Positions 59,230 to 64,000 of a stretch of 64,000 nt of DNA are shown here, piece after piece (position 1 is the stretch's first letter; every line of letters begins with the position of its first letter). Location of the stretch: positions 1,185 to 65,184 of the forward strand of contig CANFIN010000003.1 in NCBI GenBank assembly GCA_947447155.1, in the 5' to 3' direction. The notes under the pieces were generated by a model, which saw only the letters and a list, made by a program, of their open reading frames with translations, was not told the DNA's origin and did no database searches. The DNA comes from Bacteroidota bacterium (GTDB lineage: Bacteria; Bacteroidota; Bacteroidia; AKYH767-A; OLB10). Position numbers and translations under genes: made by a program.

Positions 59230-60306
59230 CTACTCTATACGAACGCGCGGATCCAAAAACGCATATAGCAAATCAACAATCCAATTAATGATTACAAAGA
59301 ATATCGAAACCATGATTACAGCACCCATTACTACTGGAAAATCATAATGCTCTAATGCGTCAACTGTTACCTTACCTACGCCTTTCCAACCAAATATATA
59401 TTCTATAAAAACAGCACCTGCTAATAACGACCCGAACCAACCAGATATAGCGGTAATTACAGGATTTAATGCATTGCGCAAAGCGTGCTTATACAATACA
59501 GCATGATAAGACAATCCTTTCGCTTTTGCAGTTCTAACATAATCCGTACTTATAGCTTCCAACATAGAACTTCTGGTTAACTGTACAATTACAGAAAGCG
59601 GACGTATGCCCAAGGTAAGCGCAGGCAAAATAATATTTTTTAATGCGAGAATTTCTCCATTAAATGGATCTATTTCATAAAGACTACCGGTCATATTTAA
59701 TCCTGTCCAACCGCTAAGCACGAAACCGAAAAACCAAGCGATTAAAATTCCAGCGAAAAAAGAAGGTACCGACATTCCTAGAATACTAATAAACAAATTC
59801 AAATAATCTGGCCATTGTTGATATCGAGTAGCGGACCAAACACCTAATATAATTCCTACAACAGCTGCAATAAACAATGCAACAATTGATAACACCACGG
59901 TACCAGGCAAGGCATCTAATAAAATTGTACTGACCAATTCTTGCGATTGATAGGACCTGCCTAAGTATGGCTTTTTAAATACAAGGGATTTATCGCCTGA
60001 ATGAGCCACAGTAAAACATGAACCATACTTATCACTGCTGGCAAATACACTACTATTACTATCAACTACATTATAAATTGAAACGGGTGAAATATCATTG
60101 ATGTAAAGCAGATATCTTTTTGTTATAGGCAGGTTCAGACCTAGTTGCTTATTAATAGCTTCGATTGATGCCACATCAGAGCGCTGGCCTAACATCATTC
60201 GAGCAGGATCAGCAGGAAGCACATTAAATAAAAAGAAAACTACTGTCACTACTCCAAAAATAATTAGCAGTCCACTCGTAGTTCTCTTTAAAATTAATTT
60301 TATCAC
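59230..60306 (-). CDS. ABC transporter permease (DppB/OppB-like), orphan
   Basis: 358 aa and polytopic. EAA-like loop YVRTAKAKGLSYHAVLYKHALRNA. GTG start. Confidence 0.8.
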   Translation of the reverse strand: MIKLILKRTTSGLLIIFGVVTVVFFLFNVLPADPARMMLGQRSDVASIEAINKQLGLNLPITKRYLLYINDISPVSIYNVVDSNSSVFASSDKYGSCFTVAHSGDKSLVFKKPYLGRSYQSQELVSTILLDALPGTVVLSIVALFIAAVVGIILGVWSATRYQQWPDYLNLFISILGMSVPSFFAGILIAWFFGFVLSGWTGLNMTGSLYEIDPFNGEILALKNIILPALTLGIRPLSVIVQLTRSSMLEAISTDYVRTAKAKGLSYHAVLYKHALRNALNPVITAISGWFGSLLAGAVFIEYIFGWKGVGKVTVDALEHYDFPVVMGAVIMVSIFFVIINWIVDLLYAFLDPRVRIE

Positions 60307-60312
60307 GTAGTG

Positions 60313-61404
60313 CTATTTCTTATTTAACACCTGAAGTAATTCTTTCTCTTTAAAAGCCTTCTCCTCTATTCCCACCCAGTTCTTTACAATGTTTCCGTTC
60401 CACATATAGAAAACACCTGGTGTAGAAGCATCAGGAGTGCCTTGTTGTAGAACTGTCCAAAAAGTTGGAATATCCAAAACTCGATAAGGCAATTGAGCTT
60501 GAGCATACTGGAAAAATTCAGGAATTTTAAATGTCTCTTCATCCATAAAGAAGATATAAACTTTTGGGAAGCCAGGATTCTTAGAAAGTTTTACTAATGT
60601 TTTAGCTGTATTCTGACAATGATCGCATCCCGCAGCAAAGAAGCAAACGATTTTCTTTCCGTTGTCGATGTTTACTTTTTTATCGCCAAATATTGCATAA
60701 TCGCTAAAACGCGACTTTACTTTTGCTGGACCTGCATCCACTACGACAGAATCTTTTTTAGTAGTATCGATTACTGTTTTGCCTGAATCATTTGGCAATG
60801 CTCCTAAAACATCTTGACCTGTATCAGAAATTGCAGAAGGATCATCTATTGCCTCTTCCACAACAAAAGAAGGAATTGGAGCTGTTGCAGCTTTTGTACA
60901 AGGACAAAAAGGAAAAGCAACATACATTAAAAGAGTTGATATCAACCAAATAATCAATAGAACACTAAAACGATTTTTCGATTTATTATCTTCTGATGAA
61001 TTTTTATAAACGAAAACAAGCAAAATAATTGTAACCACATTCTTAATAAAAGCTTCCAGCGGTGTCATAGGAATTAATTGTCCAAAGCAACCACAGTTAC
61101 CGCTCATAGCGCCATGCTTAACCATTTCAATTGTTAGATGACCACAAAACACAACCAGCAAAGTAATCGTAGAAGGAATGACAATTCGCTTCAGATAATG
61201 TGGTTGAATTATCATGATTCCAAGTGCGAGTTCTACTGCTATCAAGGCTCTTGAAAAATACGGAGCCATGCACCACGACATCAACCCAAGATCTACCAAT
61301 TGCTTTTCAAATGCCCAAATAGGAAACATTTTAGCAACTGCGGAAACAACAAAAAGAACGAAAATTAAAAATCTGATTACAAGTGAAATGTTTTGTTTAT
61401 TCAT
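60313..61404 (-). CDS. MauE/DoxX-like membrane domain fused to a thioredoxin-like domain
   Basis: N-terminal TM bundle with NCGCFG. C-terminal FFAAGCDHCQ is a CxxC motif. Confidence 0.6.
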   Translation of the reverse strand: MNKQNISLVIRFLIFVLFVVSAVAKMFPIWAFEKQLVDLGLMSWCMAPYFSRALIAVELALGIMIIQPHYLKRIVIPSTITLLVVFCGHLTIEMVKHGAMSGNCGCFGQLIPMTPLEAFIKNVVTIILLVFVYKNSSEDNKSKNRFSVLLIIWLISTLLMYVAFPFCPCTKAATAPIPSFVVEEAIDDPSAISDTGQDVLGALPNDSGKTVIDTTKKDSVVVDAGPAKVKSRFSDYAIFGDKKVNIDNGKKIVCFFAAGCDHCQNTAKTLVKLSKNPGFPKVYIFFMDEETFKIPEFFQYAQAQLPYRVLDIPTFWTVLQQGTPDASTPGVFYMWNGNIVKNWVGIEEKAFKEKELLQVLNKK

Positions 61405-61421
61405 ACTTATAAAATTTTAGG

Positions 61422-61967
61422 TTATTTTGATTCATCGAGTTTAATCAACGCAAAAACGGCGTAGTTAATTATATCCTGGTAATTGGCATCAACACCTTCA
61501 CTCATTAATGTTGCACCGTGATTATCTTCTATCTGCTTGATGCGTTTTAATTTCATCAGAATTAAATCTGTCATAGAACTCACGCGCATCTCTCTCCAAG
61601 CCTCACCATAATCGTGATTCTTATTCAACATTAGATCCTTTACCTTAGAAATTGTAGCATCGTATAAACTCACAGCCTTTTGGTACTCCAATTCCGTTGT
61701 GTCATCAGAATCAAGCTCAATTTGAATTAAAGCCATTAACGAATAATTGATAATTCCGATAAACTCACTATCGACACCCTCCATCACCTTTTGCTCTCCC
61801 TTTTGCTCAATACTCCTAATTCTATTAGCTTTGATTTGAATCTGATCTGTTAATGATGTTGGACGTAAAATCCTCCATGCACTACCATAGTCCTTCATTT
61901 TAGCAATATAAATATCTTTACAGCGAGAAATAGCTTTGTCGTATTGCAGGGATGTTAATTCAGACAT
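61422..61967 (-). CDS. tandem-duplicated DUF1599-like protein
   Basis: Two homologous halves: KDYGSAWRILRPTSLTDQIQIKANRIRSIE...INYSLMALIQ and HDYGEAWREMRVSSMTDLILMKLKRIKQIE...INYAVFALIKL. Confidence 0.6.
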   Translation of the reverse strand: MSELTSLQYDKAISRCKDIYIAKMKDYGSAWRILRPTSLTDQIQIKANRIRSIEQKGEQKVMEGVDSEFIGIINYSLMALIQIELDSDDTTELEYQKAVSLYDATISKVKDLMLNKNHDYGEAWREMRVSSMTDLILMKLKRIKQIEDNHGATLMSEGVDANYQDIINYAVFALIKLDESK

Positions 61968-62018
61968 AATTCTTTAATTGTATACAAATATCAATAATCA
62001 GTAGTTAAAATAAATCAC

Positions 62019-62870
62019 ATGAAGGGGAATCTTGCTAACAGCATTAACTGTGGAAACAAACTTATCAGTTTAGAGCATCCTATTGCCATGGGCATTCTAA
62101 ATACTACTCCTGATTCCTTCTATGATGGTGGCAAATTTAATGAAGAATTAGCCTTTATCAAACGGTTTGAGCAAATGTTAGATGAAGGAGCAATGATTAT
62201 CGACATCGGTGGAGCATCATCACGACCAGGAGCAGTTACGCTTACAACACAAGAGGAAATAGCGCGGACAATACCTTTTATCAAGAGTGCTATTAAACAA
62301 TTTCCAGATGCTGTTATTTCAATCGATACCTACAACTCTGCTGTAGCCAAAGAAGCTATTTATGCAGGGGCGAGAATAATTAACGACATATCTGGAGGCT
62401 CACTCGACGATAAAATGTTTGATACGGTTGCTGAATTAAAAGTCCCTTACATTCTAATGCACATGAAAGGAAGACCTGAAAACATGAAAGAACTGGCAAC
62501 CTACGATAATCTGATGCTTGAGATCTATCAGTATTTCCATACTAAAATTATAGCCTTACAAAATCTCGGAGTAAAAGATATAATTCTAGATCCTGGATTT
62601 GGATTCGCGAAGAATATTGAGCAGAATTTTGTACTTTTAAAAAACTTAAACATTTTCAAAAATCTAAATTTACCAATACTCTCCGGACTATCTAGAAAGT
62701 CGATGATTTACAAATCGCTTGGCATCACAGCAGAAGAATCTTTAAACGGAACAACCGCATTAAACATGATTAGCTTAATGAACGGAGCCAACATTTTAAG
62801 AGTGCATGATGTGAAAGAAGCAGTTCAAACTATTCAATTGTATAAAAGATATAATGGCATTACTTACTAA
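62019..62870 (+). CDS. folP: dihydropteroate synthase
   Basis: GILNTTPDSFYDGG, DIGGASSRPG, INDISGG and DPGFGFAK motifs. Confidence 0.9.
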   Translation: MKGNLANSINCGNKLISLEHPIAMGILNTTPDSFYDGGKFNEELAFIKRFEQMLDEGAMIIDIGGASSRPGAVTLTTQEEIARTIPFIKSAIKQFPDAVISIDTYNSAVAKEAIYAGARIINDISGGSLDDKMFDTVAELKVPYILMHMKGRPENMKELATYDNLMLEIYQYFHTKIIALQNLGVKDIILDPGFGFAKNIEQNFVLLKNLNIFKNLNLPILSGLSRKSMIYKSLGITAEESLNGTTALNMISLMNGANILRVHDVKEAVQTIQLYKRYNGITY

Positions 62871-63564
62871 ATCAACTTTTTTAAAGGGACATCAATGTCA
62901 TAAGTATATTTACCTCGATAAGTACTACAAAAAAGAAAAAGATCCGCTTTCAGACGAACAAAGAAAAAAATATGAAGGTGGACATCTAGTTGGTGCTATG
63001 GCACAAAAGCTTTTTGCTGGAGGAATTGATGTAAGTAATATTTCTAGAAGTCGTGATGTATTAGTTCAAGAAACCCAAAAGCTAATTGAACAAGGAAATA
63101 TAATACTTTACGAAGCAACATTTGAGTATAACAATGTACTTGTAATGGCTGATATTATTTTGAAAGAGGGTGACGAGTGGAAAATTTTTGAAATTAAATC
63201 AAGTCAGAAAATTTCAGACACCAACCGTATTGACGCGGCTCTGCAATACTATGTGATGAAGGGAAGCGGATTGCCTATTAAAGAGTTTCATTTATCCTGC
63301 TTGAATTACCCAAGAGTTGGAGTAATTGAAATGAAAATGGAAGAGGTGCCTACAGACTTATTTCAGTTTGAAAATGTGACTTTGTTTTGCGAGGAGCAGC
63401 TTGACATAACAGAAGATAAAATCAAATCCTTAAAAACAACATTGGCATTACCTAGTATTCCCAATATTGCAACTGGAGAACATTGTGATTATCCATACAC
63501 TTGCGAGTTCAAAGGATTTTGCAACAAATCGCAAGAAGAAATTAACGAAGGATTGTTTTCATGA
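62854..63564 (+). CDS. PD-(D/E)XK nuclease with Cas4-like Fe-S cysteines (DUF2779-like)
   Basis: MADIIL...EWKIFEIKSS is a D...E.K motif. Cysteines: QCHKY near the N-terminus and CDYPYTCEFKGFC at the C-terminus. Confidence 0.55.
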   Translation: MALLTKSTFLKGHQCHKYIYLDKYYKKEKDPLSDEQRKKYEGGHLVGAMAQKLFAGGIDVSNISRSRDVLVQETQKLIEQGNIILYEATFEYNNVLVMADIILKEGDEWKIFEIKSSQKISDTNRIDAALQYYVMKGSGLPIKEFHLSCLNYPRVGVIEMKMEEVPTDLFQFENVTLFCEEQLDITEDKIKSLKTTLALPSIPNIATGEHCDYPYTCEFKGFCNKSQEEINEGLFS

Positions 63565-64000
63565 GCAGATTAAAGATTAAAAATATTTTCAACTCCTACC
63601 CTGTTCGACTTATTCTTTTTCTCGAACTGATATTTATTGCATTTCGCTTATTGTTTGTTGCACTTGTATTCTTGAAAGATAAATCAATTGATGCGATTGA
63701 AATTCCGTATTTATTCATTCATGCGCTTCGTCTCGACCTAGCAGCTATAAGTTACATAGCAGCATTACCTATTTTAATCTGGATAATTTATCAATATACT
63801 AATTCGAGATTCCTACTACAAATTAAAAATGTATTTCTCGTTTTTATTCTACCTGCCTTAGCGATCATTCTGTTTTCAAATCTGATTATCTATTTTGCAT
63901 GGGGGACTATCATCAATGCTCGCGCAGTATCTTTTTTAAGCAGTCCGAAGGAAGTCGTTGCTTCTCTAAATAGCATACAGCTATTCATCTTTATTTTATT
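63561..64000 (+). CDS. partial (5' end) LTA synthase/sulfatase-family membrane protein
   Basis: Open frame from ATG 63561 to the window edge, translated by hand with no stop. Multi-TM N-terminus with a HALRLDLAAISY motif. Not in the ORF track because it is truncated. Confidence 0.45.
   Translation, partial: MSRLKIKNIFNSYPVRLILFLELIFIAFRLLFVALVFLKDKSIDAIEIPYLFIHALRLDLAAISYIAALPILIWIIYQYTNSRFLLQIKNVFLVFILPALAIILFSNLIIYFAWGTIINARAVSFLSSPKEVVASLNSIQLFIFIL

Overview
AT-rich chromosomal segment that looks like Bacteroidota, probably Flavobacteriia or Cryomorphaceae-like. This is inferred from T9SS C-terminal sorting domains, bshA, the MoxR/DUF58/BatABC operon, a 287-aa sigma-A and recurrent TAnnTTTG -7 promoter boxes. 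No database search was possible, so all calls rest on motifs read from the ORF translations and the raw DNA. The window is mostly housekeeping: polX-like, prfC, accC, sucC, bcp, prmC, ribD, ribH, dnaA, rpoD, dapD, ruvX, def, aroK, folP and bshA. It also holds a tRNA-Ser/Pro/Arg cluster, a peptide-type ABC importer without an ATPase, two large T9SS cargo proteins and one VapBC-like toxin-antitoxin pair. I see no CRISPR array, IS element, integrase, prophage or recognisable multi-gene defence island. I cannot honestly point to one clearly novel system. The items most worth a second look are: (1) a GC-rich ~250-bp block of back-to-back hairpins between vapC and accC, plus a perfect 14-bp inverted repeat abutting the accC start; (2) a GT-C/TPR (TMTC/PMT-like) membrane glycosyltransferase candidate lying between two T9SS cargo genes, followed in frame by a relic of a T9SS C-terminal domain; (3) a PolX homologue with the Pol-beta catalytic aspartates substituted but an intact PHP domain; (4) a tandem-duplicated DUF1599-like gene divergent from folP, with folP overlapping a Cas4-like Fe-S nuclease; (5) three genes with a -7 box exactly 4 nt from the ATG, implying leaderless mRNAs. 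Several ORF-track starts (TTG extensions) were moved to internal ATGs where a promoter box or a family-typical N-terminus supports it.
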